Assembly: GCA_051942205.1 (NCBI GenBank)
Contig: JAVECO010000122.1
Span: 1 to 64,000 of the forward strand
Length of the DNA stretch: 64,000 nt
From: Coniocarpon cinnabarinum
Lineage: Eukaryota
Direction: 5' to 3'
In this document: piece by piece, positions 1 through 11,347 of the stretch
Position numbering within the stretch: position 1 is the stretch's first letter
Layout: each line of letters opens with the position of its first letter
Made by a program: the position numbers and the translations under genes
Notes under the pieces: generated by a model
Told to the model about the DNA's origin: nothing
The model's database searches: none
What the model saw: only the letters and a program-made list of their open reading frames with translations

Positions 1-2090
1 AGTACTTTTATAAGCTTTTAGTAGGCCTACTAGTAATAGTAATAAAGCTAAAAAAGAAAGGTTAGTTATAATATTAGTACTATATACTTAGTAGAGTTTA
101 ATATACCTACTAGTTAGCTAATAAAAGACCTTTTATAATAATAATATAAGAAAGTTAAAAGTAGAAATTATTAACTATATAGAATAATTAATAGAATTAT
201 AAAAGCTATAGAATAACTATCTATTAGAGTAAAGGCTACCTATTTATATTTAGAGTAGGTTATTATATATAGTAAAGGTATAGAGTATTATATACTACCT
301 ATACCTCTATATTTGTCTTAGTATTAGGTTTTAATAATTATTAATAAACCTTATAAAAGGCGTAGTAGCGTAACTAGTTAGGTAATTATATTAATAGCTT
401 CTAAATAGGGAAATAGTAGAGAGGACAAAGGCGCTATAAGGTAGAGCCGTAACATTACTAAAATAAAGTATTATTAAAAAATAATAAAAATATTTTTAAT
501 ATTTTAGTATTAATTTACTTTAAATCTAATAATTTAAATAATTATATAATTTATAATAGTATTATTTTATTAAGATAAAGTATTATTATAAAATAGTAGA
601 TATAATTTTAGTATTTTACTATAAATTTATTTTAAGTTAAGTAACTTAAAAAGTAATAAAATTTAAAATAAACTTATTTTACTAAAGTAAAGTATTACTT
701 TAATAAAAAATTTTAAATATAGAGCTTAAACTTAAGTTTTATATTAAAAAAAGTTATTATATATGTTTAAGATCTTTATAAAAAAAGTAGTTTAAATAAA
801 TATTCTACTAATAATCTACTTATTTTATATATATAGTTAAAATAATAAATTTAAAAATAAATACTATATTTTTAGCTAAAGATATACTAAAATTAAAGTA
901 TACTAATTTTTAATATATATAAATTTATTAAAGTAGTCTTTTAAATTATACTAAAGTAAAGATATAGAATATTCTTTTTATTATAAAAGTATTATTTTAA
1001 AAAATATAACTAATTTTTAATTATTATTTAAAAATATTATTTTAAAGTATAAAATAAAATAAAAATTAGTATATATTAGAATATTTTAATTATTATAATA
1101 TTTAAAGCTTTAGTATAGGTATAAGTATAATAATTTAAAATTAATACTAAAGTAATACCTATACCTAGACTTAGTATTATTTTATCTAAGGCTAATAGTA
1201 TAGTAATACTAAAAATAAGTATAATAGTTACTTTTTTTATCTATACTTTTATTATTAGTAAAGCTTTTTATCTATACCTTACCTATATCTATGCCTAAGT
1301 ACTACCCCTCTAGTACTACCCTACCTATAGAAAGCTATATATATTCCTTTTTTTTATCTTTTCTTTAGCTATTAGAAAGTCTCTAGACTTATTAAACCTA
1401 ATAAAATATATTATAATTATATTAGAAAAGCTTAGAAATTAATAAACTAAATAAAAACTTACTTAAACTTACTTAATAGTTAAACTTACTTAAACTTACT
1501 TAACCTTATATTTTCTTAGTTTATAACTATTAGATTAGTTCTAAATTTAAAATACTAAAATAAGATAGTAATTCTACTCTAGATTAATAAAGATATATCT
1601 AGAAATTACCTAAGAGATATTAGAGTTATATCTAAAGATTAGAGGTAACTCTAACCTCTATCTAGTAGGTCTTTAAGCCTCTAGTTAACTTATTTACTTT
1701 AAGTTTTGTATAGGTTATTCTAGTATACTATAAATAGTATACTAACTATATTTATAGTCTAGTAGACTATTTCTATCTAATAGAGAGGTTTTTCTATAAT
1801 AGAGAGGTCTAGAAGGTTAGTTAATTATATTTTAATAGACGCTTTTTTAATAAAAAATTATTAGTTTTTATATAACTATAACTTTACTATATTAACTTAT
1901 ATAATAGTGTTAATTTAAAAATAATAATAACTTAGTTATAGACTACTTTTTATTTTTATATAAATATATCTTAAATAAAAAAAATAAAAAGATAAGTTTA
2001 AATAAACTTTAGTCTATTTAATATTATATTATAACTTATAGATTTAGTAATACTAAAGACTTATTTAAGTATTCTAGAGACTATATTAAA
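1..2090. mobile_element. AT-rich, RIP-degraded transposon relic(s)
   Basis: Very AT-rich, almost no CA/TG, excess TA, no long ORF, abrupt switch to normal composition at ~2090. GCCGTAACA ending at 454 (TGTTACGGC on minus) looks like an LTR terminus. Tandem AAACTTACTT units at ~1455-1503. Confidence 0.85.
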
Positions 2091-2105
2091 ATTGATAATC
2101 ATACA

Positions 2106-2638
2106 TTGACTCGCACGCACAAGAACAACGACTGTGATCACGTCGGCCTGGCTAATGGCACTGCTGAAGTTGATCAGCATATGCCCCGTCATTTCGGGAG
2201 GTCCGGTCACAGTGACGCTGACACCAAGGGTGTAAAGAAGTGCGGCAGCGGCAAGGGCAATTGGTAAGTCATCTGTCACCTATCATCATACATCTCGAAT
2301 GAGCGCAAGAGGTAATCTCACCGGCGCGATATTCAGCGTGTTGACGTGTTTTACTTAGGGGGACTCCCGGTGACGAGATTTGCGATGAATTTTTCAACCT
2401 TCACTGCTCCCGCCGCCGTTCCAACAGCATTCACAGTGCCACAATGCATATGAAGACCAAATTCGAAACCATCGAGCACGCGCCCGTCCTCGCAAATGAC
2501 ATGCTCGAGGACGTTGAGATGGAGAGCGCTTCTCATGCAGATAGCAAGGATGGTGACGGGGTGAGTCTCAAACAAGTCAATAGCGTTGCCAGTAAGGACA
2601 GCGCAGAGAGCTTCGATGAAGAAAGTAAGAAAGTATAA
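2106..2638 (+). pseudogene. STF2/TMA10-like small protein lacking its ATG
   Basis: Hand splicing (intron 2264-2358, GTAAGT..TTAG) gives (L)TRTHKNND...PRHFGRSGHSDADTKGVKKCGSGKGNW|GTPGDE...RRRSNS...KTKFETIE...KKV*, the Stf2-like pattern. TTG sits where ATG is expected and upstream DNA is the RIP block. Confidence 0.7.
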
Positions 2639-2777
2639 GCAGGTACTCTCTACTGCGAGTAAAGTGTACACCATATGAGAGGACGCTATGGCACCTCGGT
2701 CCAATAGCTTCACGTGTACTCTTAAGACTCCGTTTACTAAGCTGGCAGGCACGTCCAGCTAAACGCAAGCGTCAGAG

Positions 2778-3551
2778 TCAGTTGGTGCTTGAAGACCCCT
2801 CGGAATCACTTAAGTCCGAGCTCTCGCTATGTGCATTCTCCGCTCGAACCCCCTCTTTGATCGCAAGCACGCGCAGAGGACCCGATTCCGCCGTAACGTT
2901 CTTTGGATACAAAGTCTCGAAGTGGAATCGATCTTCGCGTTTGTAAGGATCAAAGTGGAACACCACCCCACCCGGGACTTTCTTTCGGTGCTCCTCGAAG
3001 TCAGCACCGAGGCCTACAGCCATGCCAACATCGTCTGTGAAAGTCGAAGTACCAAACCATGGGATACGGACATGGTCAATGTCGTTTACCTTGGCATAGC
3101 CATGCGACGCCTGGATCAAATGCTCAACTACCTGCCTTTCGTTCTTTGTGTGCCTCGGTACAATGAGTCTCGGGATCTCGTTTCTCGAAAATGTATTGGG
3201 CGGCTTTTGTTGCTCTTTGTGTGTGGAGAAGAGGTGTTTTGGTTTCATGATTTCCCGGAACTTTTCAGCACCCTGACCGAAGACAATGAGCAGTATCTCC
3301 CCTGGAGAGTCGGGGTATTTCTGAAGTGTCCGCGCCTTTTCGTTGATTGCGTCTAAGCTTTGATGTGCTTGTTCGAACGTGATGTCGTGAACATTCTTTG
3401 CCTCAGATGGATCTAATTGCACAAAAGGACTCATTATCTTGTCACGGACTGTCTCTGGTTGCGAACTGCCTGCTTCCGCTGATGACGCAGGTGGATCTTT
3501 TTTTGGTTTGTCACCACGTAGCTTCTTAATCTTCTTAGAAATGCGATGCAT
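2778..3551 (-). CDS. Hypothetical protein, 257 aa
   Basis: Intact ATG-to-stop ORF with basic N-terminus, globular-looking core and Ser-rich tail; no family recognised. Confidence 0.55.
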   Translation of the reverse strand: MHRISKKIKKLRGDKPKKDPPASSAEAGSSQPETVRDKIMSPFVQLDPSEAKNVHDITFEQAHQSLDAINEKARTLQKYPDSPGEILLIVFGQGAEKFREIMKPKHLFSTHKEQQKPPNTFSRNEIPRLIVPRHTKNERQVVEHLIQASHGYAKVNDIDHVRIPWFGTSTFTDDVGMAVGLGADFEEHRKKVPGGVVFHFDPYKREDRFHFETLYPKNVTAESGPLRVLAIKEGVRAENAHSESSDLSDSEGSSSTN

Positions 3552-4966
3552 GCTTATCTGTAGTACCTGACCTGTTCACTATCTGTGTCGCGCTACAAAG
3601 ACAATCTCGGATTTAGCGGCTTAATAGTAGTCTAGCTGTTCACGATAGGCATTCGTAGGCACGTTACATAGTCGCCTCTTAAATATTCTGACCTCTCAAC
3701 ACTTCCTGAGTGACACGTAGCAAAAGCTTAATTTTTCATAGATCTAACGTCATACCGAGCTATCCGGTCTCATGTTCTCACAAGGGGCGAATTCTTGAGT
3801 ACCAACGAAGAGTAAATGCAGCCCCATACGCTATTAATACACGAAGACCGACGCTCTCTAGAAAACGCCTAACTGCAGTCGCTGGAAATGAGTTTGACGT
3901 CTCTGTATCCCAGTGCGTGCGAATGCACGCGCGTCGTCAGAGTACCCAGCTAGTCCAACTGGAAGTTGAGATGATGCATCTAAGGTGTGGCATTTGATAT
4001 TTTGCGGTCTCATCATCCAGCCAGGTCGCCAGTGTGGTGACCTTTGGGTCAGGTCGCCGTAAGGCACAACGTTAGCATCGCCCTATGGTCCTGTTGAGTC
4101 TAGTGGATGTCAAGCTCATACCTCACGCTGCTCTTTCTCGAAGTCGCCTGACACGAGGGCACCGGACGGCAACTTGGCAGACGGTGGAAGCTTTTGGTTC
4201 AGCTTTCGAGCCTGCTCACGGCGCCAGTAGAACGTCTCTCCCACCATTTTTATGGCAAGCCATTGTTCCCGCGATGGTGTCATGCGATGGCGTTGACGAG
4301 AGCCGCACGGTCTCACCGTACCGCCTTGAAACACAACATCGTCATCGGCTTCCATCTTCTTTCCTACCAGAGGTTTAAAAACGGATCCTTTACTGATGCT
4401 TGCGTTTCGTGAAACACCCTCGTTGGCCGTACCTTTAGTCTTCGTGCACACAACCTCCTGCCTCTTGCTACTTGCGTCCTTGCTGCTTGTATCTTTGTCA
4501 TCGGATATCACGATCACTGGACAACGTTCAGGCACGTTTCGTTCAGGCTTCGTCTTGTTGATGGCTTGTGGAATCCCCTCGCCAGTCAAAGTAGCGACAG
4601 GAGGGGGCCCTTTGGTATCTGCGTCTGTTTAAAACTCTTGCGGCGCTCAGACAAGGCTCTGTATGCGTGCTTGCATGCTCTGCGAGGGCGTAAGACGCGG
4701 ACGTGCTGTCGTAACGAGATGAGAGATCCCTCTGGCTCTTCTTGCGGAGCCTTCTCTGCTGTAGGATTGCTATTTCTATGTACCATGTCAGGCAACATTC
4801 GGGCGGATCTTAGTAAGCTACAAAATTGTGAAGATATAGCGTACGACATTACTGTTTCCTGTGTGAGTGGCAATATTAAAGGTCGCTTTATAGTAGCCTA
4901 GAGTTTAAGCAGCATTAGCATGGATTTAATCTTACACGCTAACGCTCTTAGCGGTACTTACAATTA

Positions 4967-5461
4967 CGGTCGATTGCAGGAAGACTGACAATCGTTGGTC
5001 CGAGCTTTTTGTGTAACACATCATCTCCTAAGCTCGACGTCGCTGCCGACGTCACCGCTAACGTTGCCGCTAACGTTCTTTTTAGTAATATTATAATAGA
5101 TAGTTTATACGAGCCTCTTACCGCTTCTTCTGCCTTCTTCTACGTTCTTGCGGTAATAATATAAGCTACACGTATATATTTATTAAAGCAGACTTAGACA
5201 GAGTAGACGCGAATAGGGTAAGTATAGGTTGAGTAAGCTAAAAGTAAAAATTCTTTTTTATAGTATAGAAATTAAAAAATATTACTATAAGTATATAAAA
5301 AAAGATAAAAAAGTAATAATAGGCTCGTATAGACTATCTACTTTAATGTTACTACAAAAGACGTTAGCGGCAACGTTAGCGGCAATGTCGAGCTTAGAAG
5401 ATGTGTATATGTTGCACAAAAAGCTTAGACTAACTATTGTCAGTCTTCCTGCAATCGACCG
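4967..5461. mobile_element. Non-autonomous Tc1/mariner-pogo-type MITE (495 bp)
   Basis: TA|CGGTCGATTGCAGGAAGACTGACAAT ... ATTGTCAGTCTTCCTGCAATCGACCG|TA. Imperfect TIRs of ~120 bp with internal 12-bp repeats (GCTAACGTTGCC), TA target duplication, AT-rich RIP-like core. Confidence 0.9.
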
Positions 5462-6384
5462 TACTAGACAAGTTCTTGCTGAGCTCGTCTACTCGAAGGG
5501 TTGAGGCGAGGCCTCGTGTAACTTCCAGCCACAGATGGCCGTTGTAGAAGGTCATTGCGCATTGGGGAGTACAGTGTGTGGGTTAGTCACATGCTATCGG
5601 CCAATCATGCCGACCCACGGTCAATGGCGAGGCTCCGGTAGCCAGATTCAGTTCTTGAATTCTTTCGATTGGGCTGATCGGCCAATCTGTCTCCAATGAA
5701 AGTAATTTGCCCCCATCTCACAACTTTACATACGTGTTGGTTGGTAGCTAAAGCGATGGAAGGAGATGCGCCAGCCATGCTCGCGTGGTGCGCCGTTGAC
5801 GCGCCGCCGCTAGCTCACCAATGCTCTACACTCACGGGTTAAAGCTGTCTTGTGTTCCCTAGGCATGATCCTTCGAATCCAATTCCACCGCAAGTCTTGC
5901 CGTGTCCGTGTGTGCCATCTGCTCTCTGCTTCCATACCCTCACCAGTCGGGACTTCTGATTTCTTGCCAGATTTGCGCGCATGAACAGCACCTGGGATCC
6001 TGAAACACCCACGTGTCAGGGCCAAACAAGAGCCATGGTGTCAGGTACACAGGTGGGCCCCTGAGATCTGGGAGTTGTTTCATGTCATCTGCTGAACCTC
6101 GGATGTGGCGAACTCTCCCGGTTCCCTTCAGCATTGATGCTTTCCTTGAGGCAATGCCTGCCAGAGCTGACGTTCCAGCATGATAAGCCCTGGTGACGGC
6201 GCACGAGCATGTTTCGCCTCGGTGACTCGGGTCGTTTTGGCCAGTGTTGTCCGTTCTCCTCGCCCCTCCAAAGCAGTTGCTTGAGTCAAGCACAGCCTCA
6301 CAAAAAGGCCAATTGAATGCACTTGGGATAGAGCTCTTCAGTTCAGCAACATCACTGCGCAGAGCTACATTACGCTCCACTGAT

Positions 6385-7506
6385 TTAAACGTCGACCACG
6401 ACTTGTGCTCCACCCGAGGCTTGCTCAAGCAGACGCCAAGAACAGGTAATGGCTTTACTCTCAAAGATCTTCAGAATAGCTTTGGCGATATCTTCAAAAT
6501 TATTTGTTGCTAACGCCAGTATGGTCGGCCCAGCACCACTTAAACAAATGCCACATAATCCAGGGTGTGATGTAGGAGTGATGTGCTCTAGAACGTCCGA
6601 TAGACCGGGAATGAGTGCCTTTCGATAGGGCTGATGGATTTTGTCCTGCATGGCCTGGTAGATTGTCTGTGGATTTGGGGGCGACTTCTCCAAAGCTCTC
6701 AGTAGTAACGGAATGCGCTGCAGGTTAAAGACGACATCTTGTCGCTTATAGGCGTCTGGCAGGACGGCACGCGCATCTGCCGTTGAAACTTCAAAGTCTG
6801 GAATGATTGTGATACATTTGAGCTCCTTTGCAAGAGAAAATTGCTCAAAGTGCCCGATGCCATGGGGCGGGGAAGGAGGCCGTAGTCCCGTGTCAATCCC
6901 TCCTTGCGGTGCCGGAATGACTTCGCTAAGAGGTATCTCTTTTCGTTGCATGGCTTCCGGGTTGAGTTCGTTCAGGTAGGTTCCGACAAAGCCTCCGTAA
7001 AGGGCCGCCGCAACATTATCTGGATGCCTCTCGATCATGAGGCAAAAATCAAGCATTCGCTGCTTACTCAAATTCAACTCGCCGGTCACACTGCCTAGGC
7101 AGACACCAGCTACCACCGCAGCACCCGAAGAGCCGAGACCGCGCCCAAGTGGAATCGGGTTTTTGATGTGGACGTGGGTCTCGACGGGGAAATTACGTTG
7201 TCCATGGCATCTGAGAACATATAATGCGACCTGTGTGATTAGGTTCGCATCGGGGTCCAAAGGCACACCGTGATCTTGGGGGTTGGTGCTTTCATAAGAG
7301 ATGGAGCAGTGGTACGGCTTTGTAGACTTAGAAACGGAACTATCAACCTGAACTTGTAGCTCAAGCCATATCGATAGCGCGAGGCCGATCACGTCGAAGC
7401 CGGGACCGATATTCGCAGAGGAGCAAGGCACACCTTTTGTAATGTTTAGCGAGCCGGAAGTCTGTAGTCTAGTAGCAGTAGGCTCTAGCTCACGGATAGT
7501 GATCAT
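6385..7506 (-). CDS. THR1: Homoserine kinase
   Basis: VPCSSANIGPGFDV, IPLGRGLGSSGAA, ERHPDN and CLSGAGPT GHMP-kinase motifs; probable 60-nt in-frame intron 7493-7434 giving MITIRVPCSS. Confidence 0.96.
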   Translation of the reverse strand: MITIRELEPTATRLQTSGSLNITKGVPCSSANIGPGFDVIGLALSIWLELQVQVDSSVSKSTKPYHCSISYESTNPQDHGVPLDPDANLITQVALYVLRCHGQRNFPVETHVHIKNPIPLGRGLGSSGAAVVAGVCLGSVTGELNLSKQRMLDFCLMIERHPDNVAAALYGGFVGTYLNELNPEAMQRKEIPLSEVIPAPQGGIDTGLRPPSPPHGIGHFEQFSLAKELKCITIIPDFEVSTADARAVLPDAYKRQDVVFNLQRIPLLLRALEKSPPNPQTIYQAMQDKIHQPYRKALIPGLSDVLEHITPTSHPGLCGICLSGAGPTILALATNNFEDIAKAILKIFESKAITCSWRLLEQASGGAQVVVDV

Positions 7507-7573
7507 TGTGTGCAGCCTCGGACTAGCATTTTACATGACCAGATGGACTGCAAGATACTTTTACCACGTACTG

Positions 7574-7579
7574 TGAGTC
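7574..7579. promoter_or_regulatory. Possible Gcn4/CpcA- or Bas1-type site (TGACTC on minus) in the THR1/ADE5,7 divergent promoter
   Basis: TGAGTC hexamer in a 380-bp intergenic region between amino-acid and purine biosynthesis genes; a single hexamer can occur by chance. Confidence 0.3.
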
Positions 7580-7886
7580 GCTCTAATCTATAAAATTGAA
7601 ATTTGAAGTCGGTCGTGGCTATAGCTGATGCTCAACAGCAAGGTCTTCAAAGAATATCAACGTGTTTCAGTTGGCGGCGTTGCGGTGAATCGTGATTCTT
7701 GGCATCCCCACCAACTCCCTACCCAAGCACAACAGACCTGACACTCCTTCTTTTCAACAAATTTCGTTAATGTTTAGCTGCAAAATTGTGCCAGAAAAGT
7801 GTAGCGACTCTACAATTGCAATTAAGGGGCGTTTCATACATTTCTGACCTATGATCATTTGGTTTTACGAGTGAAAGCCGTGTTTG

Positions 7887-10298
7887 ATGGATCATTTCCA
7901 AAATCTACGAATTTTGCTGATTGGCAATGGAGGCAGGGAGCATGCAATAGCCTGGAAATTGGTGCAGTCACTTCGAGTGTCAAAGGTGTACGTCGTGCCC
8001 GGCAATGGAGGCACGGCAACACTGGGTCACAAGGTTGAAAATATTCAAGATGTTTCCGCAAATGACTTAAAGGGCTTGCTAAACTTGGCCGTGTCGAAAA
8101 GCGTCCACCTCGTTATTCCTGGACCCGAAGCGCCGCTCGTTGATGGCATTGTCGACCGTTTTCAAAAACAGGGCATCTTATGTTTTGGCCCATCGAAAGC
8201 TGCTGCTCGCATGGAAGGGTCAAAAGTCTTTGCAAAGGATTTCATGCAAAAGTATGGCATCCCTACAGCCGTTCACAGGTCTTTCAAGGATTTTGAAGCA
8301 GGCAAACGCTTTTTGGAAGACAATCAAGACCGCAAATGGGTCATTAAAGCTGATGGCCTCGCAGCAGGAAAAGGTGTGGTCATTCCTAAATCTCATAGTG
8401 AAGCCATCACAGCTCTTGAAACGACTATGAAGGCACGAGAATTTGGGGCTGCCGGAGATGAGGTGGTTGTTGAAGAGTTTCTCGAAGGCGAGGAAATCAG
8501 CATCCTCTCTTTCTCTGATGGTTACACCATACGCTCCCTTCCACCAGCTCAGGATCACAAGCGCATATTCGACAAAGATGAGGGCAAGAACACAGGTGGA
8601 ATGGGCGCATACGCTCCTGCGTCTATTGCCACGCCTCAGATGCTTGCGAAAATCGATAAAGTGATTCTACAGCCCACAATTGACAATTTGAGAAATATGT
8701 GGACTCCTTTCAGGGGCTGTTTATTCACAGGATTCATGCTTACCTCCACTGGTCCCAAAGTTCTCGAATACAACGTCCGCTTCGGTGACCCTGAATCTCA
8801 GACACTTCTCGCTCTCCTCGAGACAGATCTTGTAGAGATTTTACTGGGGTGCGTCCTCGGCACACTGTCCAGCGTTACCCTTTCGCTCAAGGCGGCGTTT
8901 AGTACGACTGTTGTAGCAGCTGCTGGCGGCTACCCAGATGCATATGATAAAGGTCAAGAAATTGATCTGTCTCCCACAGGTCCCGAAACGCATATCTTTC
9001 ATGCTGGGACCACTCACGACGCTGATGGCAAGCTTCGCACTTCAGGTGGGCGTGTGATTGCTGCTACTGGCGTTGGATCATCCGTCCGTGATGCTTGCGA
9101 GAAGGCGTATACAGGGATACGAGCGATCCATTTTGAAAGAATGCACTACCGCAAAGATATCGCATATCGAGAGCTACGTCGTCGCGAGAAAAGTCAAGAT
9201 CAATTGCAAACATCACACTACTCTGAGCTCACATACGCTGATGCTGGCGTCTCTATTGACGCTGGCAACGAGCTTGTCCAACGCATCAAACCTGCAATTT
9301 TGAACACCAAACGACCTGGCTCAGACGGCAGCATTGGAGGCTTTGGAGGTGTTTTTTCACTTCGAGATGCGGGTTATGGGAGTCAGGCGCCAGACATTGT
9401 CAGCGCGATCGATGGTGTAGGAACCAAATTGTTTATCGCTCAGGCTCAAGGGAAGTACGATACCGTAGGCATTGATTTGGTGGCCATGAATGTCAACGAC
9501 CTCGTCGTTCAGGGCGCAGAGCCTCTGATATTCTTAGATTATTACGCTTGTGGAAAACTCAATGTCAAGGACGCAGCGGAATTCGTCGCGGGTGTGGCAG
9601 AAGGCTGCAATGTAGCTGGATGTGCTCTTGCCGGCGGCGAGACCGCAGAAATGGCTGGCCTCTATCACGGTAAAGACTTTGATGCGGCCGGCTGTGCAAT
9701 CGGAGCAATCAAGCAAGGCGTTCGGCTCCTACCCGATAAAGAAGCAATGAAAAGCGGTGACGTTCTTCTTGGTCTGGAGAGCAGCGGTGTGCATTCCAAC
9801 GGCTTCAGCCTGGTGCGAAAGATCTTAGAGAAGGCCAATTCACGCTATCAAGATACAGCACCTTGGCGAAGTAACATCAACATTGGCGAGGCACTTCTCG
9901 AGCCGACGCAAATTTATGTCAAGGCCTTGCTTGGGGCACTGCAAGACGCCAGTGTGGGGCCTGCAATCAAGGGTTTGGCGCACATCACAGGTGGAGGTCT
10001 CGTTGAAAACGTGCCTCGTATGCTGCCGGACCATCTTGCGGCACGCATCGTAACAAGCACCTGGAAAATGCCTCCGGTATTTACATGGCTGAAGCAAGCG
10101 GGAGGGGTGTCCAGTCATGAGATGGTGCGCACTTTCAACTGCGGAATCGGCATGGTGTGTGTAGTCGATGCAGAAAAAGCAGATGTAGTCAAGACTTTCT
10201 TGGAGCAGGCAGACTCGAAGTCCAGGGTCTTTAGAATTGGATCGCTCGAAGTAAGAGGGGACAAACGTTTGAGTTGCATAATAGACGGCTCTGTATGA
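7887..10298 (+). CDS. ADE5,7: Bifunctional GAR synthetase / AIR synthetase
   Basis: ILLIGNGGREHA, KADGLAAGKGV, EYNVRFGDPE (GARS); TYADAGVSIDAGN, DGVGTK, GGETAEM, AHITGGG, TFNCGIG (AIRS). Intronless ORF. Confidence 0.98.
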   Translation: MDHFQNLRILLIGNGGREHAIAWKLVQSLRVSKVYVVPGNGGTATLGHKVENIQDVSANDLKGLLNLAVSKSVHLVIPGPEAPLVDGIVDRFQKQGILCFGPSKAAARMEGSKVFAKDFMQKYGIPTAVHRSFKDFEAGKRFLEDNQDRKWVIKADGLAAGKGVVIPKSHSEAITALETTMKAREFGAAGDEVVVEEFLEGEEISILSFSDGYTIRSLPPAQDHKRIFDKDEGKNTGGMGAYAPASIATPQMLAKIDKVILQPTIDNLRNMWTPFRGCLFTGFMLTSTGPKVLEYNVRFGDPESQTLLALLETDLVEILLGCVLGTLSSVTLSLKAAFSTTVVAAAGGYPDAYDKGQEIDLSPTGPETHIFHAGTTHDADGKLRTSGGRVIAATGVGSSVRDACEKAYTGIRAIHFERMHYRKDIAYRELRRREKSQDQLQTSHYSELTYADAGVSIDAGNELVQRIKPAILNTKRPGSDGSIGGFGGVFSLRDAGYGSQAPDIVSAIDGVGTKLFIAQAQGKYDTVGIDLVAMNVNDLVVQGAEPLIFLDYYACGKLNVKDAAEFVAGVAEGCNVAGCALAGGETAEMAGLYHGKDFDAAGCAIGAIKQGVRLLPDKEAMKSGDVLLGLESSGVHSNGFSLVRKILEKANSRYQDTAPWRSNINIGEALLEPTQIYVKALLGALQDASVGPAIKGLAHITGGGLVENVPRMLPDHLAARIVTSTWKMPPVFTWLKQAGGVSSHEMVRTFNCGIGMVCVVDAEKADVVKTFLEQADSKSRVFRIGSLEVRGDKRLSCIIDGSV

Positions 10299-10363
10299 AG
10301 TAGTTACTGAACTGGCTTACTTCTTCGCAGAAACAGATAGATCATCGACTCTATCACCATTTT

Positions 10364-11347
10364 TCAAACTCGTCTCTCTGCAGGTTTCCTCTTCATGGTC
10401 TTCGCTTCCTGTCTCCTTCTCCTCTTCTGTTCAGACTTCTCCTGCTGACCCTTCTTCATACCCTCCCACATCTCTTTCCTAGCCAATTCTTTAACCTGAC
10501 CCTTCTTCATGTAATATGGCGTCTTGCCCTCGCTCACTTTTTGTCTTTCCTCTCTCTTGTGCTTGCTTGCGATTTCTCGTTCTCTTTCCCTCTGCGCCTC
10601 TGTCTTCATGCGGTTCTCGCGCCGCACAATCTCTTTCTTCAAGTTCGTCTCCTGTTCCGCAGTGAGTTTATTCCGTTTGCTTCTTTTGCCTTCTTCCAGT
10701 GAAGCGCGCAGATCTTGCAACTCATGCTGCGCGTACTCTGAGAGGAAGGCGTAGTTCCGACGTGTCTTCTCGCGGTCTACAGATCCAGACGCAGCATTGA
10801 AGCGGGGATCGCCTTGCAGACGATGAGCGCGCGAATCGGCGTCGTATAGATGTGAGGCATCAGTCACGTCGCGGCGACGCGTAACTTGTTTCTTCGACGA
10901 TTGCTCTGTGGGCGCATGCTTGGAGCTGCGGTGTGTGTCTCTCTCGTGCTCAGGTTTTGGCTCTCGAGAGGATTCAGAGCTGCGCTTGCCGGTCTTCTTC
11001 TCGCGTAATTCTGCGAGGCGTTCACGCAGTCCCTCTAGCTTCTGCTCTTTGCCTGTTCTTGATTCGTCGTTTTGGTCCCTTTTCCTCACGCGTTGAGCTG
11101 ACGGCAAGGCGTCTTGTGCATCTGCGAGAACTCCGAATGATAAAGCTCGTAATTGAGCCTTTTGCTCTCGCTCTTTATCGTCAGGTTGAGAGGCGACGTC
11201 TGCTGCATGGGATGTTCTGCCAGAGTCTGTATTCGAATTGCTCTCAGTGTCCGTAATCTCGAGTGCCGGTGATTCGCTGCCTATCTCTTGAGCTCTGGAT
11301 TCTGGCGAGAGTTTTCTGCGCTTGGCGGGCCTATCGGATCCGGACAT
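10364..11347 (-). CDS. RRP36: rRNA biogenesis protein RRP36 (DUF947)
   Basis: SSKHAPTEQSSKKQV..RR, DPRF, NYAFLSEY..HE, GKTPYYMKK; highly charged protein. Confidence 0.88.
   Translation of the reverse strand: MSGSDRPAKRRKLSPESRAQEIGSESPALEITDTESNSNTDSGRTSHAADVASQPDDKEREQKAQLRALSFGVLADAQDALPSAQRVRKRDQNDESRTGKEQKLEGLRERLAELREKKTGKRSSESSREPKPEHERDTHRSSKHAPTEQSSKKQVTRRRDVTDASHLYDADSRAHRLQGDPRFNAASGSVDREKTRRNYAFLSEYAQHELQDLRASLEEGKRSKRNKLTAEQETNLKKEIVRRENRMKTEAQREREREIASKHKREERQKVSEGKTPYYMKKGQVKELARKEMWEGMKKGQQEKSEQKRRRRQEAKTMKRKPAERRV

Noticed and set aside
3858..4873. Chain of minus-strand ORFs (4586-4873, 4116-4589, 3858-4067) with an intron-like GTATGA...GCTAAC
   Set aside because: Could be a decayed gene beside the MITE, but frames do not join cleanly and no family is recognisable.
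5229..5504. 91-aa K/Y/I-rich ORF
   Set aside because: Translation of RIP-mutated MITE sequence.
5810..6464. ORFs downstream of and overlapping THR1
   Set aside because: No motifs, non-ATG starts; likely UTR or intergenic.
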